Part shown: one piece after another, positions 18,431 through 27,540 of the stretch
How positions within the stretch are numbered: position 1 is the stretch's first letter
How the letters are laid out: every line of letters starts with the position of its first letter
Source of the DNA: an uncultured Oscillospiraceae bacterium
GTDB lineage: Bacteria; Bacillota; Clostridia; Oscillospirales; Oscillospiraceae
Direction of reading: 5' to 3'
NCBI GenBank assembly: GCA_964447925.1
Contig: CAYUUP010000001.1
Location: 1-57,259 of the forward strand
Length of the DNA stretch: 57,259 bases
Notes under the pieces: generated by a model
What the model saw: only the letters and a program-made list of their open reading frames with translations
Told to the model about the DNA's origin: nothing
The model's database searches: none
Position numbers and translations under genes: made by a program

Positions 18431-19267
18431 GTGTGTCAAATTAACGATCTATGCCGGCAGATGGAACTGACGCAGGAGACGGATTATACCTGTTTTGACA
18501 GAAGGGGACAGGTCTCTACCCAAAAAGTTCCTGTTCTGGTGGAGCATCTGGTTGAGATCTATATCAACGAACGGCTCACTATGAAGGTAATCTGCACACC
18601 CCAGTACCTGATGGAGCTGGTGTTGGGGCGGCTGCTGAGCGAGGGCATCATCTCCGGCATCCAGGAGGTGGAGCAGATCTATCTCTGTCAGAGTGGCCGC
18701 AGGGCGAAGGTTTTTCTCTTTGACCACGTCTCAAAAGTAAATTCGGATTTTGTGGAGAGAGTCCCCTCCTGCTGCACCGGGACCCACACACTGAATGACA
18801 GCTTCACCCGTTACGGCACCCTCACGCCTGTAACTCCTATCTCCTGGAGCATAGACTGGGTTTTTTCTCTGGCAGACCGGTTTAGTCAGGACACTGAACT
18901 GCACCGATATACCTGGGCAACTCATAGCTGTTTTCTGGCCAGAGGGTCGGATTTGATCTTCTTCTGCGAGGATATTGGAAGACACAATGCTCTGGATAAA
19001 GTAATTGGCTATGGCATGAGAAATAGGGTACCTCTGAATGAGTGTATCGTATACTCCAGCGGGCGCATCCCAACTGATATGGTGGAAAAGGTCATCCGGG
19101 CAGGCATTCCCATTTTATGCACCAAGGCATATCCCACCCAGGAGGCCATTGATCTTGCACGAGCCAACCGCCTGACACTAATTGGCTGCACACGCCAGAA
19201 GCAGATGAGGCTATATGCATCGCCCCAAGTAGTTCGATGCGATGAGTTCATCAAACCGGCAAGGTAA
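18431..19267 (+). CDS. fdhD: Formate dehydrogenase accessory sulfurtransferase FdhD
   Basis: Conserved GRHNALDKVIG motif and the overall FdhD layout. The start is ambiguous: GTG at 18431 lies 11 nt after AGGAGG, and ATG at 18461 is the alternative. Confidence 0.85.
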   Translation: MCQINDLCRQMELTQETDYTCFDRRGQVSTQKVPVLVEHLVEIYINERLTMKVICTPQYLMELVLGRLLSEGIISGIQEVEQIYLCQSGRRAKVFLFDHVSKVNSDFVERVPSCCTGTHTLNDSFTRYGTLTPVTPISWSIDWVFSLADRFSQDTELHRYTWATHSCFLARGSDLIFFCEDIGRHNALDKVIGYGMRNRVPLNECIVYSSGRIPTDMVEKVIRAGIPILCTKAYPTQEAIDLARANRLTLIGCTRQKQMRLYASPQVVRCDEFIKPAR

Positions 19268-19281
19268 TATACTTACAAATA

Positions 19282-19322
19282 CAGCCCTCGGCACAGGCGT
19301 TTCTGCCGCTGCGCCGGGGGCT
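19282..19322. terminator. Imperfect hairpin between convergent fdhD and the peptidase gene
   Basis: agccctcgg (19282-19290) pairs with ccgggggct (19314-19322) with one mismatch and a 23-nt loop. It is followed by atttgtt. Confidence 0.35.
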
Positions 19323-19341
19323 ATTTGTTCTGTGTCGCGGG

Positions 19342-20325
19342 TCATGCTGCCCGGTAGGCCCATAGGTTCTTAATTTGTCCGTATAACTCATCATAGCTCC
19401 AGCTGCGTCTGCTGTTGACCTTACTGTTTGGGTCCCGGATTTGAAAGCCGGTTTCATCGTAGCCTGCAATGACAATAAAATGTCCGCTGTTAGTGAAGTC
19501 CCCTGGCCCCATGGAGCAGATGATTAAATTGCCGCTATCCAGCGTATTTTTCATCACTGACTGTGACAGGGAAATCTCCCAGCCCTCCAGTCCAAAGTGC
19601 TGGCATCCCTCATACATCAGTGACCAATCGGTACCTACGCCCGCCACATAATAGCCTGCGTCCATGGCGTATTGTGCCGCTACAGCGGGGGTGATAGTGT
19701 GATTTCCTGGCACAAGAGCCAAAGCGACTATGGCAAGACAGGTGGGGCCGCAGCCAGTATAGCCGATCAGTCCATCACCATATTCCGCATACCCCCAGCG
19801 GCTGTCCCATTGAAGCAGTAGAGGGACACCGTCCTCCGCGTTTTTCACCTCGTCAGAGAGGTCGATGACCGGCTGCTGATACCCATCCCAGGTCAGATAG
19901 CCCACCACATAGTCCAGTGTCTCCGGGTAGGCAACGGCGGCTTCCAGCATTTTATCAGGGAAAGACTGCCAGTTTTCCAAAATCATGTCCGCCCGGCTGT
20001 CTGTCTCCGCCCACTGGGAGAGAACATTGAGGATTTCCTCATCCAGGCCGGAATAGTCCACTGGATCTGATGTATCTTGCTGCCAAATTGCATTTGCATT
20101 CTCCGTATCGCTGGAGGAGGAATCCTCTACATTCGCGTTGTCCCATGTCCGTCTGATGCGCTGTTCACTGTTCGCCAGGAAATAAACCGACAGCAGCAGG
20201 ATAGCCAAGATGAGAGCAGCCACCACCAGTAGGATAACAGCCTGGAAAGAGCGGTGACGTCTGTTTTGGCGGGACGCCGATTTTTTAGTAAGCGAGGATA
20301 CGTCATACTCATGATATTTTTCCAT
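19342..20325 (-). CDS. Membrane-anchored papain-like cysteine peptidase (Peptidase_C39_2 / YvpB-like domain)
   Basis: N-terminal TM helix AVILLVVAALILAILLLSVYF. The C-terminal domain has WDSRWGY..GCGPTCLAIVA (Cys) and ..NSGHFIVIAGYD.. (His). The likely start is ATG at 20325, after gaaagga. It overlaps the alr stop by 17 nt. Confidence 0.7.
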   Translation of the reverse strand: MEKYHEYDVSSLTKKSASRQNRRHRSFQAVILLVVAALILAILLLSVYFLANSEQRIRRTWDNANVEDSSSSDTENANAIWQQDTSDPVDYSGLDEEILNVLSQWAETDSRADMILENWQSFPDKMLEAAVAYPETLDYVVGYLTWDGYQQPVIDLSDEVKNAEDGVPLLLQWDSRWGYAEYGDGLIGYTGCGPTCLAIVALALVPGNHTITPAVAAQYAMDAGYYVAGVGTDWSLMYEGCQHFGLEGWEISLSQSVMKNTLDSGNLIICSMGPGDFTNSGHFIVIAGYDETGFQIRDPNSKVNSRRSWSYDELYGQIKNLWAYRAA

Positions 20326-21490
20326 TTTGAACATCCTTTCTGTTGGCCTGGTGAGAGGGGGAGAAGAAGTATACACGTGGGGTATCCGGCGGGATGAGAC
20401 TTCGGAGCAGGGGGATCTCCGCTTCATCGCCGGGAGAGACTTCTAATCCGGGCGGCAGTTCTGCCAGAGCAGCTTCCATGAAGAGCTTTCCCCTGAGGGG
20501 ACAGAGTTTCCCTGCGATCCTGACGCTGGGCTGGAAGTAGGGGACACCCAACTGACAAAGGGTTTGCCGCAGAAGCCGCTTGATATAGACGGGCCATTTC
20601 TCTCTGGGGTGGTGGCTGTAGGCCGCCAGGCCATCCCGCCAGCCTACACCTATGACGGCAACTCTGGATGGACGGCGCAGCCGCCAGGTCCGGCCATAAC
20701 CCAGGGTACTTCCAGCGGGCAGCTCACGAACGGCAAGGACTTGTCCCTTACAGCGCCAGCTGTCCTGGATCTGGAGATGTATCTGTACCCGGCGGCTTGT
20801 CCCCGCCGGATATTGGCCCCACAGCAGAGTACCCAGTCTCACCATATCCAACTGCATATCGGGATAGCGGAGGAGAACCTTACTGCTGGCACAGTGAAGC
20901 CGCCCGGGAGAGAGTCCAGTCTGCCTGAGCAGGGCCGCTGCTGACAGAAAATTTCGGAACTGCTGCCAAGTGAAACGGCTGTCTGTGGGATCCGCCATAT
21001 GGGTGTAGGTTCCGGTGACATGAAGAAAGGGGCAGCCTTGGACAAGGGCCGCCGCAAGACGCAGCTCCTCCTGCCGGTCAAAGCCGAAGCGGCACAGGCC
21101 AGTATCAATTTTCAAGTGGACTGCCACCGCCTGGGAAAGATCTTCAGCTGCCTGGCAAAGCTGCTCCACATCTGTCAGGGAGGCTGCGCTCAGAGTGATG
21201 CCGTGCCGGATGGCTGCCTGGATTTCCTCCGCCGGATTCACCGGGGTCAGCACCAGGATTTCCCCGGAAATACCCGCCAGTCGGAGGGCCAGACCGTCCT
21301 TCAGCGTGCTGACTGCCCAGTGGCTCACCCCATACCCGGCCAGCAGCCGGGCCATCTCTACCAGGCCGTGGCCATAGGCGTTGTTTTTCATCACCGCCAT
21401 CAGAGCGGTCTGTGACTGCAGCTGTCGGCAGATGGCGGAGAGGTTATGCAGCACGGCGCCTATGTCAATCTCGATCCAGCTGCGGGCCAT
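20309..21490 (-). CDS. alr: Alanine racemase
   Basis: The PLP-lysine segment AVMKNNAYGHG and the later ..LGYGRTW.. and ..GVGWRDG.. segments fit the Alr layout. ATG at 21490 follows ggaggtgag. Confidence 0.85.
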   Translation of the reverse strand: MARSWIEIDIGAVLHNLSAICRQLQSQTALMAVMKNNAYGHGLVEMARLLAGYGVSHWAVSTLKDGLALRLAGISGEILVLTPVNPAEEIQAAIRHGITLSAASLTDVEQLCQAAEDLSQAVAVHLKIDTGLCRFGFDRQEELRLAAALVQGCPFLHVTGTYTHMADPTDSRFTWQQFRNFLSAAALLRQTGLSPGRLHCASSKVLLRYPDMQLDMVRLGTLLWGQYPAGTSRRVQIHLQIQDSWRCKGQVLAVRELPAGSTLGYGRTWRLRRPSRVAVIGVGWRDGLAAYSHHPREKWPVYIKRLLRQTLCQLGVPYFQPSVRIAGKLCPLRGKLFMEAALAELPPGLEVSPGDEAEIPLLRSLIPPDTPRVYFFSPSHQANRKDVQNGKIS

Positions 21491-21612
21491 ACTCTCACCT
21501 CCCGGGGGGTTGATGCTCCCATAATACCACTGCCGTGTGTCATATTCGTGCCGCCGACGCCACATTTCTGCAAATTCTAAAAAATCCCGTTCTCTCTCCC
21601 GGAATTCAAGGC

Positions 21613-21641
21613 TTTTCAAGCGGGCGGGGATATGCTATAAT
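21613..21641 (+). promoter_or_regulatory. Candidate extended -10 promoter for the SEDS/PBP operon
   Basis: TTTTCA at 21613-21618, a 17-nt spacer containing TG at 21633-21634, and TATAAT at 21636-21641. Confidence 0.4.
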
Positions 21642-21644
21642 AAA

Positions 21645-23543
21645 ATGAGATCCAGAAGGGGGGCGGTGGCCCTGGAGAAAATACAAACAGCAATTCAGGA
21701 AATTTTTTCAGGGTTAGCCCGGCAACTGCCCACGGCACTGACCGGAGCCGCTTCTATGATCCTGTCAGTTATCATGGCGGTGCTGGCGGTATGGGTGGTT
21801 GTTCGCTGCGGCCGCTCCCTGCTGCGGGGGCGGTTGGAATCAGAAGTCTGGGCACGGCTTGTGGAGCCTGGAGGAGAGATTATTCCCGTCTTGCATTGGG
21901 AAAACACACTGGGGCGCTCCAGGCGGTGCGACATTGTCCTGCCTGCCCCTACCATCTCCCGGAACCATGCCGCCCTGATTCGGGACAGTGCCGGCCAATG
22001 GTTCCTCTACGCCCTCAATGCCAAAAATGGTGTTACGTTGGGCGGTGAGACGCTGGAAGTGAACCAGCAAAGGGAGCTAAGACCGGGGGACGAACTGGGG
22101 CTGGGCGGATTGACATTGACCTTCCAGCCCATCAGCAGGGAGGAAGAGCGCTGTCAGGCCCAGCGACGCACCAAGCCGGGACGGGCCAGCTCCCAAGGGT
22201 GTACACTGCTTTTGCTAACCCTGTTTCAGCTTGTCCTTTTCTGCCAGTTAGCGATAGGGTTACGGGACTCCGACACCAGCTTGCTGCCAGTGGGCGTGGC
22301 CTTCGGCGGCGTTTGCGCACTTATGTGGCTGATGTACGCCCTTTACCGCAGCTTTGGTCGGCGGGGCTTTGAATTGGAAACGCTGGCCTTTTTCCTCACC
22401 ACCCTATGCATGGAAGTAACGGCCTCATCTGCTCCCACCAGCCTCTATAAGCAGCTGTTGACGGTGGTGCTAGGTCTGATGCTCTTTTTTGTCCTGACTC
22501 TGCTGCTGCGGAATCTGAAGCTGGCAAAAAAGGCCCGCTGGCCGGTGGCAATTTTGGCTGGGGGGCTGCTTGTATTCAATCTGCTCTTTGGACAGACACT
22601 TTTTGGGGCTAAAAACTGGGTGGATCTGGGCTTTATTTCCTTCCAGCCCTCAGAGCTGGTAAAACTGGCCTTTATCCTGGTAGGGGCCACCACTCTTGAC
22701 CGAATGTTCACCCGCCGAAATCTGATCTTCACCCTGCTGTTCGCCGGGCTGTGCGTGGGGTGCCTGGCCCTGATGAGTGACTTCGGCACCGCGCTGATCT
22801 TCTTTATGGCCTTCCTCGCCATCGCCTTCCTGCGCTCTGGTGACCTGCCCTCGGTGGCATTTATGGGCAGCGCAGCGGTCTTTGCCGGGTTCATCATTCT
22901 GAAATTCAAGCCCTACATTGCTAACCGCTTTCTGGTATATCGCCATGTGTGGGAGGACACCTCCGGTTATGGCTACCAGCAGGTGCGTACTATGTCGGCC
23001 ATTGCCAGCGGTGGACTCTTGGGAAACGGTGCGGGCAGTGGCTGGCTGAAAAATGTGGGTGCCGCCAACACCGACCTGGTTTTTGGGATGCTGGGGGAGG
23101 AACTGGGACTGATTATCGCCGTGACGGCTGTGGCTACCATTGTTATCTTCGCCCTGGCGGCGGTGAAATTCTCCGCTGCTGGACGTTCCAGCTTCTATGT
23201 CATCGCCGCTTGTTCCACCGCTATGCTACTGGTAGTGCAAACCATGTTAAATGTCTTTGGCTCCACCGACCTGCTGCCCCTGACGGGAGTGACTTTCCCC
23301 TTTGTCTCCTGTGGCGGTTCCAGTATGCTGGCCTGCTGGGGCCTGCTAGCCTACATCAAAGCGGCGGACACCCGGCAGAACGCCGGACTGGCTGTTCCGC
23401 TGCCCCGGAATTTCAGAAAACGGAAAACCGCACGGCCGGCGCCGCCCAAGAAGCCGGATCCCCAGTCCCAGTTGCCCCAGGAGGGAGAGCTGGATCCGGA
23501 CGCGTGGCGGAAGCACTTTGACTGGGGGGAGGATGAGCCATGA
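21645..23543 (+). CDS. FHA domain fused to an FtsW/RodA/SpoVE (SEDS) peptidoglycan polymerase
   Basis: FHA core GRSRRCDIVLPAPTISRNHAALIRD..GVTLGG.., followed by a 10-TM SEDS body (..FQPSELVKLAFIL.., ..LPLTGVTFPFVSCGGSS..). The start may be GTG at 21666 (RBS agaagggggg) if the promoter at 21613-21641 is real. Confidence 0.85.
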   Translation: MRSRRGAVALEKIQTAIQEIFSGLARQLPTALTGAASMILSVIMAVLAVWVVVRCGRSLLRGRLESEVWARLVEPGGEIIPVLHWENTLGRSRRCDIVLPAPTISRNHAALIRDSAGQWFLYALNAKNGVTLGGETLEVNQQRELRPGDELGLGGLTLTFQPISREEERCQAQRRTKPGRASSQGCTLLLLTLFQLVLFCQLAIGLRDSDTSLLPVGVAFGGVCALMWLMYALYRSFGRRGFELETLAFFLTTLCMEVTASSAPTSLYKQLLTVVLGLMLFFVLTLLLRNLKLAKKARWPVAILAGGLLVFNLLFGQTLFGAKNWVDLGFISFQPSELVKLAFILVGATTLDRMFTRRNLIFTLLFAGLCVGCLALMSDFGTALIFFMAFLAIAFLRSGDLPSVAFMGSAAVFAGFIILKFKPYIANRFLVYRHVWEDTSGYGYQQVRTMSAIASGGLLGNGAGSGWLKNVGAANTDLVFGMLGEELGLIIAVTAVATIVIFALAAVKFSAAGRSSFYVIAACSTAMLLVVQTMLNVFGSTDLLPLTGVTFPFVSCGGSSMLACWGLLAYIKAADTRQNAGLAVPLPRNFRKRKTARPAPPKKPDPQSQLPQEGELDPDAWRKHFDWGEDEP

Positions 23544-24889
23544 GACAGCTGAAGCGCCGTGCGATCTTTGTCCTACTGTTTGCCCTGCTGCTGGTGGTGG
23601 GGGTGTGTATTTTTCTGGGACTGTACGTGGCGAACGGCAGCCAATGGGCATCCTTTTCCGCCAATCGGCATATCTATTCCAATGGCCAGATGGCCTCCGG
23701 TGCCATCTATGACCGGAAGGGCATCCTGCTCTACGATGGGGATACCGCCAGCTACAGTTCAGATGCCGCCATCCGGAAATCTACCCTCCATGTAGTGGGT
23801 GACCGGTACGGCAACATCGCCTCCGGGGCGCTGACCCTCTTTTCCGGCAAGCTGGTAGGCTTTTCCCCCATCACTGGCACCACCTCTGGGGGCCACGACC
23901 TCTATCTCTCCATAGACAGTGAGATAAACCGGCTGGCCTACTCCGCCCTGAACGGACGGAAGGGAACGGTGGCGGTCTATAATTACGAGACGGGAGAGAT
24001 TCTCTGCCTGGTGTCCTCGCCCAGCTATGATCCCACCAGCGAGAGTGACCTGCAGGCGTTGGCGGACGGGGACGCCGCCTATGAGGGGGCCTACCTGAAC
24101 CGGGCTCTGTCCTCCACCTATACCCCCGGCTCGGTGTTCAAGGTGGTGACTGCCGCTGCCGCCATCGAGAAGCTGGACTACGGGAGCTTTACCTTTACCT
24201 GTACCGGCTCTGTCACAGTGGACAATACCGCTGTAACCTGCACCAAAGCCCACGGAACCCAAAATCTTCAGGAGGCTCTGGCTAACTCCTGCAACTGCGC
24301 TTTCGCCACTCTGGCCCTAGAGCTGGGAGGCAATACCTTATATGACTATGCTGAGATGGCAGGTCTGCTGTCAAGCCAGACGGTCAGCGGCTTTGCAACA
24401 GCTGCCGGGCGCTTTGATATAGGAGAGAACGGATCCTCTGAACTGGCCTGGTCCGGGGTAGGGCAGTCCAACAATCTGGTGAACCCCTGCGCCATGATGA
24501 CCCTGATGGGCTGCATTGCCAGTGGCGGTACGGCAGCCGCTCCCCGACTGCTCTCTTCGGAGTACACTGCCGCAGGCCTGCCGGTTTATGTGGATAAGTC
24601 CAGCATCAGCATTGATTGGGAAGCCTCCACCTGCGCCATCCTAACCCGGTATCTCCGCAATAACGTCACTGTCACTTACGGCCAGGGCCAGTTTGGAGAT
24701 TTGGCGGTGTGTGCTAAATCAGGCACTGCCGAGGTGGGGAACAGCAAAAGCCCTCACGCATGGTTCGCCGGGTTTATTGACAGCGATGCGTACCCCTATG
24801 CCTTTGTTGTAGTGGTGGAGAACGGCGGCTCCGGCGCGTCTGCTGCCGGCAGCATCACCGCCGAGGTGTTAAATGCGCTGACAGAATAA
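23540..24889 (+). CDS. Class B penicillin-binding protein (transpeptidase)
   Basis: N-terminal TM helix, then SxxK (PGSVFK), SxN (NSCN) and KSG (AKSGTAE) motifs. The start overlaps the SEDS gene stop (ATGA). Confidence 0.9.
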   Translation: MRQLKRRAIFVLLFALLLVVGVCIFLGLYVANGSQWASFSANRHIYSNGQMASGAIYDRKGILLYDGDTASYSSDAAIRKSTLHVVGDRYGNIASGALTLFSGKLVGFSPITGTTSGGHDLYLSIDSEINRLAYSALNGRKGTVAVYNYETGEILCLVSSPSYDPTSESDLQALADGDAAYEGAYLNRALSSTYTPGSVFKVVTAAAAIEKLDYGSFTFTCTGSVTVDNTAVTCTKAHGTQNLQEALANSCNCAFATLALELGGNTLYDYAEMAGLLSSQTVSGFATAAGRFDIGENGSSELAWSGVGQSNNLVNPCAMMTLMGCIASGGTAAAPRLLSSEYTAAGLPVYVDKSSISIDWEASTCAILTRYLRNNVTVTYGQGQFGDLAVCAKSGTAEVGNSKSPHAWFAGFIDSDAYPYAFVVVVENGGSGASAAGSITAEVLNALTE

Positions 24890-24908
24890 TCTGGCAGAAA
24901 GTGGGAGA

Positions 24909-26045
24909 ATGATGACGATTTATGAAGAATTGACGGGGACAAAACAACGCTTGAAGCTGCGCCCCCTGCTGGCTCCGGCCATCTGGGTGGCTGCTCCGCT
25001 GGCCTTTCTCTGTGTATTCTGGCTGACAAAGGACAACAAAACACTGATGAACTGGCTGATATTGCATATCACCACGCCGATTAAGCATATGCTGTCCGCC
25101 TCCTGTGGCCTCTTTCCCTTCTCTGTAGCGGAAGTCACCTGGGTACTGACAATTCTGGCGGTGCTGGCCTTTCTGTTGCGGACGGGCTGGCTATTGATTC
25201 GGCGGACGGGCAGGCTGATGCGGCTGGCCCGGCGGCTGCTGGCGGCAATATCTGCACTGCTGATTATCTACAGCGGCTACACACTGATGTGGGGCATCAA
25301 CTACTATGGGGACTCCCTCTCAGACATGATCGGTCTGAAAGACCGGGGCGCCACGATGGAGGAGTTATATCAGCTGACGGCAGCCTTTGCTCAGAAATGC
25401 AGCCAGCTTTCCGGTTCTGTGAGCCGAGACGAGGACGGTGTCTGTAATGAGGATGTGGATGACATCTTTGCCCGGAGTGCGGGCATCTATACAGGTATCG
25501 AGACGGAATTTCCCGTCCTCCTCGGCCCCACCCAAACGGTCAAGCAGCTGTCAAAGCTATCGTCCATCGTCATGAGTTATACGGGCTTTACCGGCGTATA
25601 TTACCCCTTCACGGCGGAGTCCCTGCTGAATATCGATGCCCCGGTGTGCCTGCTACCCTCTACCATCCTCCATGAGCTGGCCCACCAGCGAAATGTGGCT
25701 GCTGAGCAGGAGGCCAACTTCGTAGCAGTATTGGCGGGACTGCGGAGCGATGACCCTCTCTATCAGTACAGCTCAGCCCTATTGGGCTTTATCCACCTGA
25801 ACAACGCTCTATATTCTGTCGACAGGGAGCTGTGGAGCCAGGCCAGGGCATACTTAAACGACGATGTACTAAGCGACCTGGCCGCCAATAACGCCTATTG
25901 GGACTCCTTTGAAGGGCCGGTAGAGGAGGCCTCGGAGGCGGTATATGAGAGTTTCCTCCAGAGTTATGAGCAGACAATGGGCATGAAGAGCTACGGAGCC
26001 TGTGTGGATCTGCTGGTGGCATATTACTTCGATGGCGCGGAATAA
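24909..26045 (+). CDS. DUF3810-family membrane protein with a zincin-like HExxH motif
   Basis: 378 aa with N-terminal TM helices and the ILHELAHQR motif. The overall layout resembles DUF3810 proteins. Confidence 0.75.
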   Translation: MMTIYEELTGTKQRLKLRPLLAPAIWVAAPLAFLCVFWLTKDNKTLMNWLILHITTPIKHMLSASCGLFPFSVAEVTWVLTILAVLAFLLRTGWLLIRRTGRLMRLARRLLAAISALLIIYSGYTLMWGINYYGDSLSDMIGLKDRGATMEELYQLTAAFAQKCSQLSGSVSRDEDGVCNEDVDDIFARSAGIYTGIETEFPVLLGPTQTVKQLSKLSSIVMSYTGFTGVYYPFTAESLLNIDAPVCLLPSTILHELAHQRNVAAEQEANFVAVLAGLRSDDPLYQYSSALLGFIHLNNALYSVDRELWSQARAYLNDDVLSDLAANNAYWDSFEGPVEEASEAVYESFLQSYEQTMGMKSYGACVDLLVAYYFDGAE

Positions 26046-26061
26046 CCGGATGGGTGAGAGG

Positions 26062-26700
26062 ATGCTGAACTTGCTCTTTCCGCCCATATGCATCTTCTGC
26101 GGCACCCTAATCGGAGGGGCAGGGGAGCGGCTGTGTCCCAAATGCAGCCGGGATCTGCCCTTGGCTGCGGGACTGTCCGGTGTCCGGTACGGCAAGTACT
26201 TTGACCGGTGCTATTCTATGCTGCTGTATCAAGAACCGTTCCGCCGGGCCTTTCTCCGCTATAAGTTTGAGCAGTCCCTGCACTATGGCGATATCTTCGG
26301 CCAGTGGCTGGCAAAATTTGCGGCAGAGCTGCATTTGGGTCAGGTGGATCTGGTGACGTGGGTTCCTCTCCACTGGAGCCGCTGGCTGCGGCGGGGCTTC
26401 AATCAGGATGTCCCTTTGGCCCAGGCAGTGGCGGAGACACTGGACAAGCCCTGTGTCAGACTGCTATCCAAGCCTCGACGTGTCCGGGCCCAGTCTGGTA
26501 CAACAGGCGGGCGCACCGCCCGACAGAGGAACGTGTCGGGGGCATTCCGTGCGGTTCGGTCACTAGAGGGCCAGCATATCCTGCTGGTAGATGACTTGAT
26601 CACCACCGGGGCCACGTTGGAAGAATGCGCCACTGTCCTGCGGGCGGCAGGGGCAGGGCAGATCACCTGTCTCACCCTCGGCTGTTCGGCAGAGAGATAA
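26062..26700 (+). CDS. comFC: ComF-family phosphoribosyltransferase-like protein (ComFC)
   Basis: N-terminal Cys pairs CIFCG..CPKC and a C-terminal PRT motif ILLVDDLITTGATL. ATG at 26062 follows gggtgagagg. Confidence 0.8.
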   Translation: MLNLLFPPICIFCGTLIGGAGERLCPKCSRDLPLAAGLSGVRYGKYFDRCYSMLLYQEPFRRAFLRYKFEQSLHYGDIFGQWLAKFAAELHLGQVDLVTWVPLHWSRWLRRGFNQDVPLAQAVAETLDKPCVRLLSKPRRVRAQSGTTGGRTARQRNVSGAFRAVRSLEGQHILLVDDLITTGATLEECATVLRAAGAGQITCLTLGCSAER

Positions 26701-26876
26701 TGACTGCTCTTTTCTGTCGCTTTATGCATAACGCAAGATTCCATCCCGTATGGATATTGTACACAACATATTAACATGAAGGAGTGGATATATGTATATG
26801 ATAGATTATAACGAGTGGCCGCCCGCAGAATCCGTAAAATCCATGACAGATATTGCAAAGGCAGGGACTGGTAAAA

Positions 26877-27539
26877 ATGTATAAGATTTCTGACCTCTAT
26901 GATCTTGACCATACCTTGGCGGCAGATTACCTGCGCGGGTTCACCTATCCTTGGGAAGCACTGAAGGGCATCAAGGATTTTATCCTTGCCCTTGGCCCGA
27001 CCCTTAGAGGGGAGTATGAGGAGCGAGCAGAATACGTTTGGGTTCACAAGACTGCAAAAATATTCTCATCCGCATACCTTGGCGCGCCCTGTATCATCGG
27101 CCCCAATACCGAAGTGCGGCATTGCGCGTTTATCCGCAGTTCTGCCCTTGTGGGCGCTGACTGTGTGATTGGCAACAGTGTGGAGTTGAAAAATGTGATC
27201 CTTTTCGATCATGTTCAGACGCCGCACTACAACTATGTAGGTGACTCCATCCTGGGTTACTACAGCCACATGGGTGCCGGTTCCATCACATCCAATGTAA
27301 AGAGCGATAAAAAACTGGTTGTTGTTCATAACGGAACTGAGCAGATAGAGACCGGAATCAAGAAGTTCGGCGCTATGCTTGGTGATTATGTAGAAGTCGG
27401 CTGCAATGCCGTCTGTAATCCCGGAACGGTCATTGGCCGGCACTCCAATATCTATCCGACTTCCTGTGTGAGAGGTATTGTTCCGGCGAACAGCATCTGG
27501 AAAGACAACGGTGAAGTGATCCACAAGGAGGAACGGTAA
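26877..27539 (+). CDS. Left-handed beta-helix (hexapeptide-repeat) transferase-like protein, GlmU C-terminal-like
   Basis: Repeated [LIV]-G-x4 hexapeptides (..IIGPNTEVRHCAFIRSSALVGADCVIGNSVELKNVILFD..). The stop lies 1 nt before the glmM start. Confidence 0.7.
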   Translation: MYKISDLYDLDHTLAADYLRGFTYPWEALKGIKDFILALGPTLRGEYEERAEYVWVHKTAKIFSSAYLGAPCIIGPNTEVRHCAFIRSSALVGADCVIGNSVELKNVILFDHVQTPHYNYVGDSILGYYSHMGAGSITSNVKSDKKLVVVHNGTEQIETGIKKFGAMLGDYVEVGCNAVCNPGTVIGRHSNIYPTSCVRGIVPANSIWKDNGEVIHKEER

Positions 27540-27540
27540 A

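Noticed and set aside
26403-27047. 214-aa minus-strand ORF bridging the comF 3' end and the LbH gene 5' end
   Set aside because: It overlaps two motif-supported plus-strand genes, and it has no RBS or recognisable motif.
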